Positions 1 to 9,844 of a DNA stretch of 64,000 nt are shown here, piece after piece. Both the position numbers and the translations under genes were made by a program. How positions within the stretch are numbered: the stretch's first letter is position 1; each line of letters opens with the position of its first letter. The notes under the pieces were generated by a model that saw only the letters and a program-made list of their open reading frames with translations, searched no databases and was not told where the DNA came from. Source of the stretch: Candidatus Kapaibacteriota bacterium (GTDB lineage: Bacteria; Bacteroidota; Ignavibacteria; Kapaibacteriales; Kapaibacteriaceae); NCBI GenBank assembly GCA_046595995.1, contig JBKJNB010000037.1, positions 21,403 to 85,402 on the forward strand, written 5' to 3'.

Positions 1-2350
1 CGACGAAGCGTTGTATGGTGCGACGCAACGGCCGCGCACCGAACTTTTCATCGAAACCCTTCTCGGCAATGAAGTCTTTGGCATTCTTCGCCAGCTCTAA
101 CGTCATTCCGCGTGCGTCGAGGCGCTTAAGTAAACGCTTTATTTGCAGATCGATGATTCTGTGCATGTGTTCGCGCTTTAGAGGCTTGAAGATCACATAC
201 TCGTCGATACGATTCAAGAATTCTGGATTGAACAACCGCTTCATCGTTTCTTCAACGGTTGCCTTCATGTTTTCGTAGTCGTCGGTTGCATCGTTCGTAG
301 AGAACCCAATACGACCGCCGGCCTTTACATCCTTCATGCCCACGTTAGAGGTCATGATGATGATGGTGTTCTTGAAGTCTACTCGACGTCCCAGGCCATC
401 GGTCAGCACGCCATCATCAAACACCTGCAACAGAATGTTGAATACATCTGGGTGAGCCTTTTCGATTTCATCGAGCAGGATGATGCTGTATGGCTTACGA
501 CGGACCTTTTCGGTGAGCTGTCCACCTTCTTCGTATCCAACGTATCCCGGAGGGGCTCCGACAAGACGCGATACAGTAAACTTTTCCATGTATTCGCTCA
601 TGTCGATGCGGATAAGCGCTTCTTCGGAGTCGAACATATAACGGGCAAGAACTTTTGCGAGCTCGGTCTTGCCAACGCCTGTCGGACCAAGGAACATAAA
701 TGAACCGATGGGTCGAGAAGGGTCTTTGAGTCCGGCACGCGCCCGACGAATGGCTTTCGCCAAGTGCTCTACTGCCTCTTCCTGGCCGATGACCTGTGTC
801 TTTAGCTCTTCGGCCATCTTGAGAAGCTTCGCTGTCTCGCCTTCGGCAATGCGGTTTACGGGTATGCCCGTCATCATTGCAATGACATCTGCGATGTCGT
901 TTTCTACAACGTCATAGACATGATCGCTTGCCTTCGTTTCCCAATCTTCTTTCGCCTGTTCGAGTTCGGTGTGATATTTCTTTTCAAGGTCGCGAAGGCG
1001 CGCAGCTTCTTCGAAGTTCTGCGATTTCACGACGTTATTCTTCTGCACTCTTACGTCTTCGATCTTTTCTTCGAGTTCGATGACTTCCTTCGGCACCGAG
1101 ATATGCTCGAGATGAACCCGTGCGCCTGCTTCATCCAAAACATCCAGAGCCTTGTCGGGCAGGAATCTGTCGGTGATGTAACGGTCCGCCATCATCACAG
1201 AAGCGCGTACAGCATCGTCGTCATACCGTACACCGTGGTGTTTCTCGTAGCGATCTTTCACATTCATAAGAATCTGAATGGCCTCGTCTGCTGACGGTGG
1301 CTCCACAAGAATCTTCTGAAAACGACGGTCGAGAGCACCGTCTTTTTCGATGTACTGTCTGTATTCGTCGAGCGTGGTGGCGCCAATACATTGGATGTCA
1401 CCGCGTGCGAGGGCTGGCTTAAACATATTCGACGCATCGAGTGAACCCGAGGCGCCGCCTGCTCCAACAATCGTGTGCAACTCGTCGATAAACAGAATTA
1501 CGTCTTTAGCTTTTTCGAGCTCATTCATCACGGCCTTCATACGCTCTTCGAATTGGCCACGGTACTTCGTGCCCGCTACGAGTGCCGCCAGGTCGAGAGT
1601 AACGATGCGCTTATCGAAAAGAACGCGTGATACTTTCCGGTCGATGATTCTAATTGCGAGGCCTTCGACAATTGCTGTTTTGCCGACACCCGGTTCGCCG
1701 ATGAGCACGGGGTTGTTTTTCTTGCGACGGCTGAGGATCTGCGCCACACGCTGAATTTCTTTATCGCGGCCGATAACAGGGTCGAGTTTGCCTTCTACCG
1801 CAAGCTTTGTTAGGTCGCGTCCGAAATTGTCGAGCACCGGTGTCTTTGCACGTTCAGGCGCCGACTTGGTCCGCCCTGCACCCTTATCTCCAGGCTTCGA
1901 ACCAGAGCTGGGCTTGCCGCTTAGGTATGCATCGAGTTCTTTCCGCACGCTATCGTAGTTAACACTGACCTGCGCTAGAATCTGTGCTGCAATATTGTCT
2001 TCGTCACGAAGCAGCGAGAGCAGTAGATGTTCGGTGCCAATCATATCCGACTTATAAAGCTTGGCCTCGAGGTAGGTAATCTTTAAAACCTTCTCGGCCT
2101 GCTTTGTAAGAGGGATATTCCCAATCGTGAGCGGTCCGCTCATCGAACGAACTGTATCCTCTACGGCTTTCTTGAGCTTTGCGAGATCGACGCTAAGACT
2201 CCTGAGAATCTTGACGCCTATACCTTCGCCTTCACGGATTATTCCGAGCAAGAGGTGCTCGGTGCCGATATAATCATGACCCAACCGAAGAGCTTCTTCT
2301 CGGCTCAGTCGGATTACGTCTTGAACTCTATTCGAAAAGTTGCCTTCCAT
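1..2350 (-). CDS. clpC: ATP-dependent Clp protease ATP-binding subunit ClpC (3' end runs off the window)
   Basis: Absent from the ORF track because it is open at the edge. Manual translation from ATG 2350 gives [40 protein letters not shown] (Clp-N). It also shows Walker A GEPGVGKT (~1680-1699), a UVR-like segment [13 protein letters not shown] (~990-1030) and a second Walker [13 protein letters not shown] (~662-697). I checked that both Walker A motifs are in frame with the ATG. Confidence 0.95.
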   Translation of the reverse strand, partial: MEGNFSNRVQDVIRLSREEALRLGHDYIGTEHLLLGIIREGEGIGVKILRSLSVDLAKLKKAVEDTVRSMSGPLTIGNIPLTKQAEKVLKITYLEAKLYKSDMIGTEHLLLSLLRDEDNIAAQILAQVSVNYDSVRKELDAYLSGKPSSGSKPGDKGAGRTKSAPERAKTPVLDNFGRDLTKLAVEGKLDPVIGRDKEIQRVAQILSRRKKNNPVLIGEPGVGKTAIVEGLAIRIIDRKVSRVLFDKRIVTLDLAALVAGTKYRGQFEERMKAVMNELEKAKDVILFIDELHTIVGAGGASGSLDASNMFKPALARGDIQCIGATTLDEYRQYIEKDGALDRRFQKILVEPPSADEAIQILMNVKDRYEKHHGVRYDDDAVRASVMMADRYITDRFLPDKALDVLDEAGARVHLEHISVPKEVIELEEKIEDVRVQKNNVVKSQNFEEAARLRDLEKKYHTELEQAKEDWETKASDHVYDVVENDIADVIAMMTGIPVNRIAEGETAKLLKMAEELKTQVIGQEEAVEHLAKAIRRARAGLKDPSRPIGSFMFLGPTGVGKTELAKVLARYMFDSEEALIRIDMSEYMEKFTVSRLVGAPPGYVGYEEGGQLTEKVRRKPYSIILLDEIEKAHPDVFNILLQVFDDGVLTDGLGRRVDFKNTIIIMTSNVGMKDVKAGGRIGFSTNDATDDYENMKATVEETMKRLFNPEFLNRIDEYVIFKPLKREHMHRIIDLQIKRLLKRLDARGMTLELAKNAKDFIAEKGFDEKFGARPLRRTIQRFV

Positions 2351-2413
2351 GCCGATGACTCTTTCGGGAATCGTGTTTCGAACTCAAGACGGACGATGTA
2401 CAAATCTCATCTT

Positions 2414-3337
2414 CTAATCGAATAGCCTCTTCACTTTACCAACCTTGACCGTAAGTGTTGCATGATGCGTGTGTGAAGCCGTTACTACCGGCGTTACAAC
2501 TGCGCTCTTCTTTGGGGCCTTCTTCTTCTTGCCTTTTGTTGGTTCTACCACTGCGGGCGCTTGCGTGGCCATTGCTGCAGAAGTGGGTAACGCGGCGATT
2601 TCTATCACTAAGCGCTCGTCGCCATTTTTTACGTCTTTTAACTCGTCGCGAAGTGCGCTCATTCGATTCTGCATTAATGCGATGTTCGGATCAGCCGGCA
2701 CTGCAGTGCGCTGGGGTTCTGCCGGCGGGGTCTGCTTCTTTTTCAGTTTTTTCGTTGCCTTCTTCCATGCATCCATGGCCTTGAGGTACTCGGCTTCGTT
2801 CTTAGCCTTCAAAACACTGAGCTGGTCTTCGTCTGGCATTACAACCAAGACAACGCGCATTTGCTGGTTAGCGCGAAGAAGCTCGGTGAGCTCGGCGAGT
2901 TTCTTCTTTGCCTCAGACGTTAGTGTCGACGCATTGCGATCAAAGCCCCTTACCGAAAAAATGGGAGCGTTCTCAAGCACAGTAAAAGCAGTGAAGTTGC
3001 GCTTGAGAGCCCTGAACTTATCAGTAGCACCAATGTCTACCATCTCCTCTTTGCGATAGACGTTGTAGTCCTGAAGCACGAACTTGTGCGGACCCGCTTC
3101 GCTCAGCGTTTGAAGGTATGACCCGTCCTTAGAATTACTGCTTATCGTAATCTTCTTTCCCGATGGCGCGAAGATGTAGATTTTACAACCAACAGGTTTG
3201 CCCGTTGCCTCATCCGTAACAAACCCCTCAATCGTCTGTTGCGCTTGCACAGTTTGAGCGCGCGTAGGAACAGCGACAAATGCCAGTATGAGAGCTAGGG
3301 CTACGAATGTGTTCTGCTTAAATGGTTGAAACCTCAC
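2414..3337 (-). CDS. Exported protein with an N-terminal carboxypeptidase-regulatory-like beta domain and a degenerate OmpA-like C-terminal domain with Lys-rich inserts
   Basis: Likely GTG start at 3337 with AAGGA 8 nt upstream. Signal peptide ALALILAFVAVPTRA|Q, then IEGFVTDEATGKPV (CarboxypepD_reg-like start). FDRNASTLTSEAKKKLAELTELLRANQQMRVVLV resembles the start of an OmpA-like domain. Confidence 0.6.
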   Translation of the reverse strand: MRFQPFKQNTFVALALILAFVAVPTRAQTVQAQQTIEGFVTDEATGKPVGCKIYIFAPSGKKITISSNSKDGSYLQTLSEAGPHKFVLQDYNVYRKEEMVDIGATDKFRALKRNFTAFTVLENAPIFSVRGFDRNASTLTSEAKKKLAELTELLRANQQMRVVLVVMPDEDQLSVLKAKNEAEYLKAMDAWKKATKKLKKKQTPPAEPQRTAVPADPNIALMQNRMSALRDELKDVKNGDERLVIEIAALPTSAAMATQAPAVVEPTKGKKKKAPKKSAVVTPVVTASHTHHATLTVKVGKVKRLFD

Positions 3338-3342
3338 CAGCG

Positions 3343-4110
3343 TTATCCTTTGTTTGAGTTCAGAAATCGGGAAATACCCGACTTGCAATCTTCTGTCTGC
3401 CTTGCCAGTGCATTCATCGATGCTGCATACGTCAGTGCTGCATCCGATGACATACCATGCAAAGCGCCTAACATTTGCTTTGTTAGTGCCATCGCCGTTC
3501 CACTATTGTTGGCTACAGTCGAGGCGAGGGCCATGACGTACGTGTCCAAATTGTCGTCTTCAACTACATCCGAGATGAGTCCGATACGAAATGCTTCATC
3601 GGCTGAAATTGTTGCACCACTCAGAACCAATCGTCGCGCCCGAGCATCGCCAACCTTTTGCAATAGATACACAAGCACAATGGCCGGTATGAAGCCAATG
3701 CGTACTTCCGTATAGCCAAAAAGTGCCTGCGTTCGGCCTGCCACGACGATATCGCATACAGAGGCAAGTCCGCAACCCCCTGCAATAGCGGGCCCTTGCA
3801 CGCGTGCGATGACAGGCTTCGGACACGCCACGACGGTCTGAAACATGTGCATGAGGCGTTTCGAATCTGCGAGATTCTCCATTGCCGAGGCGTCAGCAAT
3901 ACGCTGCAAGGAGTCGAGATCGGCCCCTGAGCAGAATGCCGGTCCTTCACCGCGTAAAACAATAACACGAACACTGTCGTTAACGGCGAACGCCTCGAAC
4001 GACTGCGTAAGATCATCTACCATTTCCGCACTAAGCGCGTTGCGCTTCGTAGGACGGTTCATAGAGATGATGCCAACTGGCCCATCGGTGGTAACGAGTA
4101 CTGTCTTCAT
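3343..4110 (-). CDS. Enoyl-CoA hydratase/isomerase (crotonase), methylglutaconyl-CoA hydratase (LiuC)-like
   Basis: MNRPTKRNAL, FCSGADL, VQGPAIAGGCGL and TEVRIGFIPA are crotonase motifs. ATG 4110 overlaps the upstream TGA (ATGA). Confidence 0.85.
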   Translation of the reverse strand: MKTVLVTTDGPVGIISMNRPTKRNALSAEMVDDLTQSFEAFAVNDSVRVIVLRGEGPAFCSGADLDSLQRIADASAMENLADSKRLMHMFQTVVACPKPVIARVQGPAIAGGCGLASVCDIVVAGRTQALFGYTEVRIGFIPAIVLVYLLQKVGDARARRLVLSGATISADEAFRIGLISDVVEDDNLDTYVMALASTVANNSGTAMALTKQMLGALHGMSSDAALTYAASMNALARQTEDCKSGISRFLNSNKG

Positions 4111-6956
4111 CGGCGGCAAAATACAAACCGTTGTACGGCCGACGTCGTTACACGCACGGCATACATTCCCACAGCAAGGCTGCGGACGTCGAGGTGGATA
4201 ACGTTATCTCCCTCGGTTACGAACACGTCAGATTCGAGCACCCTACGTCCCTGCATGTCGAATACAGCAACAGACCCACTCGAGGCCTCGACACTCGCAA
4301 CTGTAAACGACAGAAAGTCGTCTGCAGGATTCGGATATGGCACTGACACCGACATTTGAGCCGGCTGGCGATTGGTTAACCGCGATGCACGCGCAAGTGC
4401 AGAGTCGCGACTGAGATCCATCGACCACACCATGCGGAACGATCGAACACCGCCGGGCGGTATGGCCGATGTAAATCGCATACCAATCACAACTGCAATG
4501 TCACCTTGCAATGCGAACTGAATACCAGCACCTTGACGCATGAAGCCATCTTTAGCATCGATAGAAATTCCACCGTACGTGATGGCGTTGTTCATGCCAG
4601 CACAAATGGGCAGTGCATCGCTATGCGTCGAGGTTGTAAGACAAGCGACATAAGGTCCGCCTGCATTCGTGGACCACGCACCTTGTATACCCAGGTGACG
4701 TTGTGTATTGTATTCCACCAACTCTGTGCGATTCTTCACTGGCTGAGTGCCAAGATCCCAGTCGAGGAACCACGCAGCTACAACGTCGTGTAATGTCGAA
4801 TCGCTAATATTTTTTAATGTAATGTCCGATACATACACACCTGAATCACCCGAGGCAATGCGTACTACCTGTTCAACTTCGATTCCAATACGCAACGAGT
4901 CTGGCGCTTTGTCGTCTCGCACAATTCCACGTAGTGGGTCTGGACGTGTGAACTTCTTGATGGGAAGGAAGTGATCGTCGGTGCCACGTCCGGCACGAAC
5001 AGAACTCACCACGCGGCCGTCAGAGCCAATCATGAGACCACCCTCGTAGAGCTGCCCACACAACGATCTGAACGTTACGCCAGTACCCTGCGCCCTATCA
5101 ATGTCGACATTTCCAACACGCGTGTTGTCGCCAACAGAGAGCGTAAGTACGTCGTTCTGTAGAATTCTATATCCGGGCGATGGTGTTATGGCCGCCAACA
5201 CTTGCGTCGTTGCACCAGTGGCCGATTGAAGTTGCAGTCTTATGAACGAACTAGTGTCAGTGTCTTTCGTCACGAACAACGGCACCGATACACTGAATGT
5301 GTCGCCCTTTGCCAGTAACCTGCCTTCTGGTGTCTGCGGAATTCCAGCCTGATTCACACCGACTGTCAGTAAGGGTCGGAAAGGGGCCAGGTCTACCAAC
5401 GCCAATGCGGGCACCCAAGCGGCAAGCACGTTACGCAGCCGAAGTGTCGCATAAAGTGTATCACCAATCGTCCATCGCGTGTCGTCTGATGTCGTTGTAA
5501 CGACAAGTGTGTCGAGTTCTACTGAAGGCACGCTGTCCGGACTCACACTCACCGCAGCAAGTGCATCGAGTCTGCCACGTGGCAAGAGGGCAGGAGTTTT
5601 GTCATCGGGGATTGATGTCCACGGAGTCACCGCTACGGCCTCTCGCGCAATCGCGCAAGCTTCGATAGGCGAGAGCATGGGGTGCCGTGAACGAATGAGT
5701 CCGACAACACCACTTACAATCGGCGCAGCACCAGAAGTGCAGCAGAAGCCGCCATACGTACCGTCGTTCGACGTGGTCCATGTGCCCTGACCCGGCGCCA
5801 TTACGTCTACACCCGGTCCTAATGCAGTCATGCCAATGACACGGTCAAAGTCATCTGTAACACCAACGCCTAAAACACCTTTATACGATGCAGGAAAGAA
5901 TGGGGCAGCAGTGCCGTGATTCCCTGCCGCTGCAACAACGGCAACACCTCGCGCAATGGCGTATTGCACGACACTTTCGTCGATGCACGAACGGCTCTGA
6001 CTTCCCCACGAGCAGTTGATGACATCGATGCCGTTCACCGCACAGTAAATCATCGATTCATATCCGTAAACAATTCCACCAATGTTATCTGGCATGGTTT
6101 TCATCGGAACGAGCTTGCATTTATTTGCCACACCCGATATGCCAATGCCATTGTTAACGACAGCACCACAAATGCCTGCTACGCCGGTGCCGTGTCCCTC
6201 TCGCGGGTTATACGTATTGCCAGGTGCTGTGCTATCGTCTGCAGTGCAGAAGTTGTAACCATTGTAATCGTCGATGTACCCATTCGCATCGTCGTCGACG
6301 TTGTTATTTGGGATTTCTCGGTCGTTCACATAGATCGCGTCTTTTAAATCCTCATGCGTCTGCAGAATGCCAGAGTCGCTAATGCCAATCAAGACAGAGT
6401 CGCTGCCGTCCTCGACGTCCCAAGCCTCAAAGACTCGAATAAGCGGAAGCATCCTCTGTTCGGTGCGCAGAGGGTCATCAGGTTCGGACGTTTGTTGCGA
6501 TACGAAGTACGGCTCTGCAACTTCAACATCGCTGCAGCCTGGACGCAACCACGCACTCATCCGTTCGGGTGCAATAGACACATCGGCATACGACACGACA
6601 AACGTTCGCAACAGGTCATCCTCGATACGCATCACGTCGGCACGATGCACCGGAGATTCCTGTAGCATGGCATCGCTATCACGTTTCCATCGAAGTGACT
6701 GGTGAAGGGGCAGAAGGGGTCTAAGAAGTGTGAGGCCAAGGCGCTTGAGAATGGTTTCCGGCGATGATCCCTGCACGGCAGAAGGAGTAAGTCGGACCTT
6801 AAGCGTGCCCGACAACACGGGATTGAGTCTCGTTGGCGGATCTGCAGGAAGTATGCGTTGAGCAATGCAAGGGCTGACAGCGATGAATGCCAGCAGCATG
6901 AGAAGGCTTACCGGGAGAAGGCTTACCGGGAGAAGGTTTACAAAGCGTATCCTCAT
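4107..6956 (-). CDS. Secreted S8 (subtilisin-family) serine peptidase with T9SS C-terminal domain
   Basis: Catalytic triad motifs GISDSG (Asp), GHGTGVAG (His) and CCTSGAAP (Ser), plus oxyanion AAAGN. Ca-loop DDDANGYIDDYNGYNF. CTD runs PYPNPA...VFDMQGRRV...GMYAVRV. ATG 6956 overlaps the upstream TAA (TAATG). Confidence 0.92.
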   Translation of the reverse strand: MRIRFVNLLPVSLLPVSLLMLLAFIAVSPCIAQRILPADPPTRLNPVLSGTLKVRLTPSAVQGSSPETILKRLGLTLLRPLLPLHQSLRWKRDSDAMLQESPVHRADVMRIEDDLLRTFVVSYADVSIAPERMSAWLRPGCSDVEVAEPYFVSQQTSEPDDPLRTEQRMLPLIRVFEAWDVEDGSDSVLIGISDSGILQTHEDLKDAIYVNDREIPNNNVDDDANGYIDDYNGYNFCTADDSTAPGNTYNPREGHGTGVAGICGAVVNNGIGISGVANKCKLVPMKTMPDNIGGIVYGYESMIYCAVNGIDVINCSWGSQSRSCIDESVVQYAIARGVAVVAAAGNHGTAAPFFPASYKGVLGVGVTDDFDRVIGMTALGPGVDVMAPGQGTWTTSNDGTYGGFCCTSGAAPIVSGVVGLIRSRHPMLSPIEACAIAREAVAVTPWTSIPDDKTPALLPRGRLDALAAVSVSPDSVPSVELDTLVVTTTSDDTRWTIGDTLYATLRLRNVLAAWVPALALVDLAPFRPLLTVGVNQAGIPQTPEGRLLAKGDTFSVSVPLFVTKDTDTSSFIRLQLQSATGATTQVLAAITPSPGYRILQNDVLTLSVGDNTRVGNVDIDRAQGTGVTFRSLCGQLYEGGLMIGSDGRVVSSVRAGRGTDDHFLPIKKFTRPDPLRGIVRDDKAPDSLRIGIEVEQVVRIASGDSGVYVSDITLKNISDSTLHDVVAAWFLDWDLGTQPVKNRTELVEYNTQRHLGIQGAWSTNAGGPYVACLTTSTHSDALPICAGMNNAITYGGISIDAKDGFMRQGAGIQFALQGDIAVVIGMRFTSAIPPGGVRSFRMVWSMDLSRDSALARASRLTNRQPAQMSVSVPYPNPADDFLSFTVASVEASSGSVAVFDMQGRRVLESDVFVTEGDNVIHLDVRSLAVGMYAVRVTTSAVQRFVFCRR
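6901..6936. repeat. 15-bp tandem duplication (AGAAGGCTTACCGGG x2 plus partial) inside the S8 signal-peptide coding region
   Basis: Identical units at 6901-6915 and 6916-6930; encodes LLPVS-LLPVS-LL. Confidence 0.9.
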
Positions 6957-9805
6957 TAGCGCACCACAATGAGTGGCAGTACTGCAACCTTTCCGGCTGC
7001 GGACAGGATGCACCTGTATGCTCCCACTACTAGCGATGATGTTTTAATGATCGACGTACTTCCAGCGTCGGCACTGACAGCGTAAACGACGATGCCACAA
7101 GCATCGACGAACTGAATGTGTTGTGCACCATCGGGATGATCGACGATTACATAGTCTGAAGCTGGGTTCGGTCGCAAGGTGGCTCGAAGCGTTGGTGTCG
7201 GCTTACCTACCGATTGCGGATTTGATAACGTGTTCATCACGTTTTTCGACGCCTCGTTCGCTGTTGCACCAACACCAACGACAACAATAAAGGTCTGTGT
7301 TTCGTTCGCCGAAAGCGTACCTGGAAACTTCATTCCGACAACGCCCCAGACATCTCCGGTCTCACTAGTCTGAATCGAGTCACCACTTGTGAGCACCAAC
7401 ACGCGATCTGCATCGGTGAACCCATCGCCGTCACCGACATAGGTAGCCAGCAGGCCAGCTGCTGCCTGCGCCTGGGCTTGGGAGTTGACTGTGTGCACCG
7501 CCATGACAACTGCAGCATTAACGTTATCACGCGTAACGACCATTGCCGTACTTGGCTGTGCGGCAAACGCCGTTGGGATGGCTTCTGGTGCAATTCTAAT
7601 CTGGTTATTTGCTCCGATGGGGCCTATATCAACATCGAGATAATAACCAGCGGCAATATCGTGCAGGTCGCCGCCAGATGTGTTCTTTACTGTCACCGTC
7701 CATACAGTCGTTTTAGAGGTGCTAGATGGGAATGTGCATCGTTGGGAAATGAGCACACCAATGCGTCGCAAGGTGTCAACATCTGCATCTGACATTTCGT
7801 TGCGCTCGCGTTCGGGGAAAGAGAACTGCTTTGTCGGAGTAAAGTCAGATCGGAACGTGTTGTTAGGGTACGCTCCAAGACCCTTTGTGCCCCCTTCGCA
7901 TATGAGAAAGCCAGACGGAGACATAAGGGAGAATGAAGGCTTCCAGTTGAACCCAAGGCCACGACGGTCAGTCATTGCATCATCGATTGCAACGAGTCCG
8001 TTATCGCCCATAGAATAAATCAGCTCGTCGTTCTCGAACGTTGCCATCGACGATGGCTGCGGCAGATAATGCAGCTGATGGTCGCTATACGCATCTGCTT
8101 CAAGATTTAGTCGAAGAATGGCTGGAGCATCATCGATGGCATCTACGACTACGAGAAACGCAGGTGTAGTAGTGGTGGCACCCGAAGCGAGGTCGCCAAT
8201 AACAACATCATCGGTTAGTACGCGCATCTTCCAACCGCTACCACCCGACACAACAAGATTACACGTGAGTGCACGCACTGGTGCAAGTACGTTTTTGAGA
8301 TTGAACCTCAGTACAAGCGTGTCGCCAACACCGATGCGCTCTACTGGTAAGCCGTTTGTGTGATGTTCTTCGACAGACTTCACAACAACTGCGGGTACTG
8401 AGAACGGATCTCTCGTCATAGCCAACTTAAGATCGATACGTCCGGGAAGAGCGATAGGGAAACCTGCGTTGCGATCGGAAATATTCCTGGTCGATGCTCG
8501 CACAAGCGATCGTACCTGTTCGACGTTCAGCGAAGGATACTTCGAGCGAATTAGACCGACCATGCCCGTTACTTGTGGCGCGGCGAATGAAGAGCCTTGA
8601 ACGCCTTGTGTCGTATAGCCACCACCGGCCGACGTTGTAAGGGCAAAGCGACCAGGCGCAAGCACATCAGCGTTTAGACCAAGGCCAGTTATGGATAAAA
8701 CGTTGTCTGCTGCATCTGTCTCACCTACGCCTATCACACCGTTATACGCGGCTGGGTAGTTGCGCCAAGCCCATGCAGCACCAGGAAATTGGTCGCCATG
8801 GTTGCCAGAAGAGGCAACAACAACAACGTCGTTCTCTTCACAAAAGTCAATTACCGATTGGTCGATTGGCGATGCTGGTTTTACATAACCCCAGGAACAG
8901 TTCACGACCTTGAAGCCTCGTGCGACAGAGTATATCAGTCCCTGATAACCATAGGAAAGTCCACCAGTAACAATCGATGATGCCTTGAGTGGAAAAATTC
9001 TGCATCGTCGTCCGATACCAGCAATGCCTACGCTGTTGTCAGAGGTTGCACCAGCAAGCCCAGCCACCTTTGTGCCGTGTCCGTCATTACCGTTGTTACG
9101 TGTATCCCCCGGCTTGGTGTTGTCATCGCGCCACGCAAGGTTGTAACCATTGTAATCGTCGACGTAGCCGTTGGCATCGTCGTCGATGGCATTAGCTGGT
9201 ATTTCGTTTGTGTTTATCGCAATGCTCGGAGCCAGGTCTTCATGTTGCTGGTCCATGCCGTTGTCACAAATGCCCATCACAACAGACGTATCGCCTATGC
9301 CTGAGTCCCATGCCTCGAATGCATTAATGATACTCAGGTATTGCTGATCGACAACGAACGGGTCGTTTGGTGTGTTGTGCAGTTGGTCGATATACCACGG
9401 CTCTGCATACTCAATGGCGTCTGCGTATTTCGTCATAAGCAGGCGTGACGCCAGCATCGGCGACATGCCAGCACTAATCGTTACGACGAATGTCCGTTCC
9501 AGTTTTTCGCGCGCGGGGGCCGGCGGACGTAAATTCGGCGCCGATTTTGGGAAAGACTGTCCAGTAGGGGGCAGAAAGGGGCTAACGACGCTGAAGCCCA
9601 GGGGCAAGACATTGTCAGCAGCTTCGGTGGTACGAGCGGTGCGGAATCGGACGTGGAGGGCCTTGGCAGCCATTTGTACAGGAACGCCCTGCCAGGTCGA
9701 CGAGATGACGTCTGGCTGTGCACGCATGCCCGGAATGCAGAACGAGGTCGCCAAAGCCGCCATTGCAAGGCTTCTTATTAGACCTTTTCTGATGTGTTGC
9801 CTCAT
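6956..9805 (-). CDS. Secreted S8 serine peptidase with T9SS C-terminal domain (paralog of the downstream gene)
   Basis: GICDNG (Asp), GHGTKVAG (His), QGSSFAAP (Ser) and ASSGN. Contains DDDANGYVDDYNGYN. CTD LRPNPA...FVDACG...GAYRCIL. Domain order matches 4107-6956. Confidence 0.92.
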   Translation of the reverse strand: MRQHIRKGLIRSLAMAALATSFCIPGMRAQPDVISSTWQGVPVQMAAKALHVRFRTARTTEAADNVLPLGFSVVSPFLPPTGQSFPKSAPNLRPPAPAREKLERTFVVTISAGMSPMLASRLLMTKYADAIEYAEPWYIDQLHNTPNDPFVVDQQYLSIINAFEAWDSGIGDTSVVMGICDNGMDQQHEDLAPSIAINTNEIPANAIDDDANGYVDDYNGYNLAWRDDNTKPGDTRNNGNDGHGTKVAGLAGATSDNSVGIAGIGRRCRIFPLKASSIVTGGLSYGYQGLIYSVARGFKVVNCSWGYVKPASPIDQSVIDFCEENDVVVVASSGNHGDQFPGAAWAWRNYPAAYNGVIGVGETDAADNVLSITGLGLNADVLAPGRFALTTSAGGGYTTQGVQGSSFAAPQVTGMVGLIRSKYPSLNVEQVRSLVRASTRNISDRNAGFPIALPGRIDLKLAMTRDPFSVPAVVVKSVEEHHTNGLPVERIGVGDTLVLRFNLKNVLAPVRALTCNLVVSGGSGWKMRVLTDDVVIGDLASGATTTTPAFLVVVDAIDDAPAILRLNLEADAYSDHQLHYLPQPSSMATFENDELIYSMGDNGLVAIDDAMTDRRGLGFNWKPSFSLMSPSGFLICEGGTKGLGAYPNNTFRSDFTPTKQFSFPERERNEMSDADVDTLRRIGVLISQRCTFPSSTSKTTVWTVTVKNTSGGDLHDIAAGYYLDVDIGPIGANNQIRIAPEAIPTAFAAQPSTAMVVTRDNVNAAVVMAVHTVNSQAQAQAAAGLLATYVGDGDGFTDADRVLVLTSGDSIQTSETGDVWGVVGMKFPGTLSANETQTFIVVVGVGATANEASKNVMNTLSNPQSVGKPTPTLRATLRPNPASDYVIVDHPDGAQHIQFVDACGIVVYAVSADAGSTSIIKTSSLVVGAYRCILSAAGKVAVLPLIVVR

Positions 9806-9844
9806 TCGTTACTGTTCGCTTTCCAGCATCTTGCTATTCTTGCA

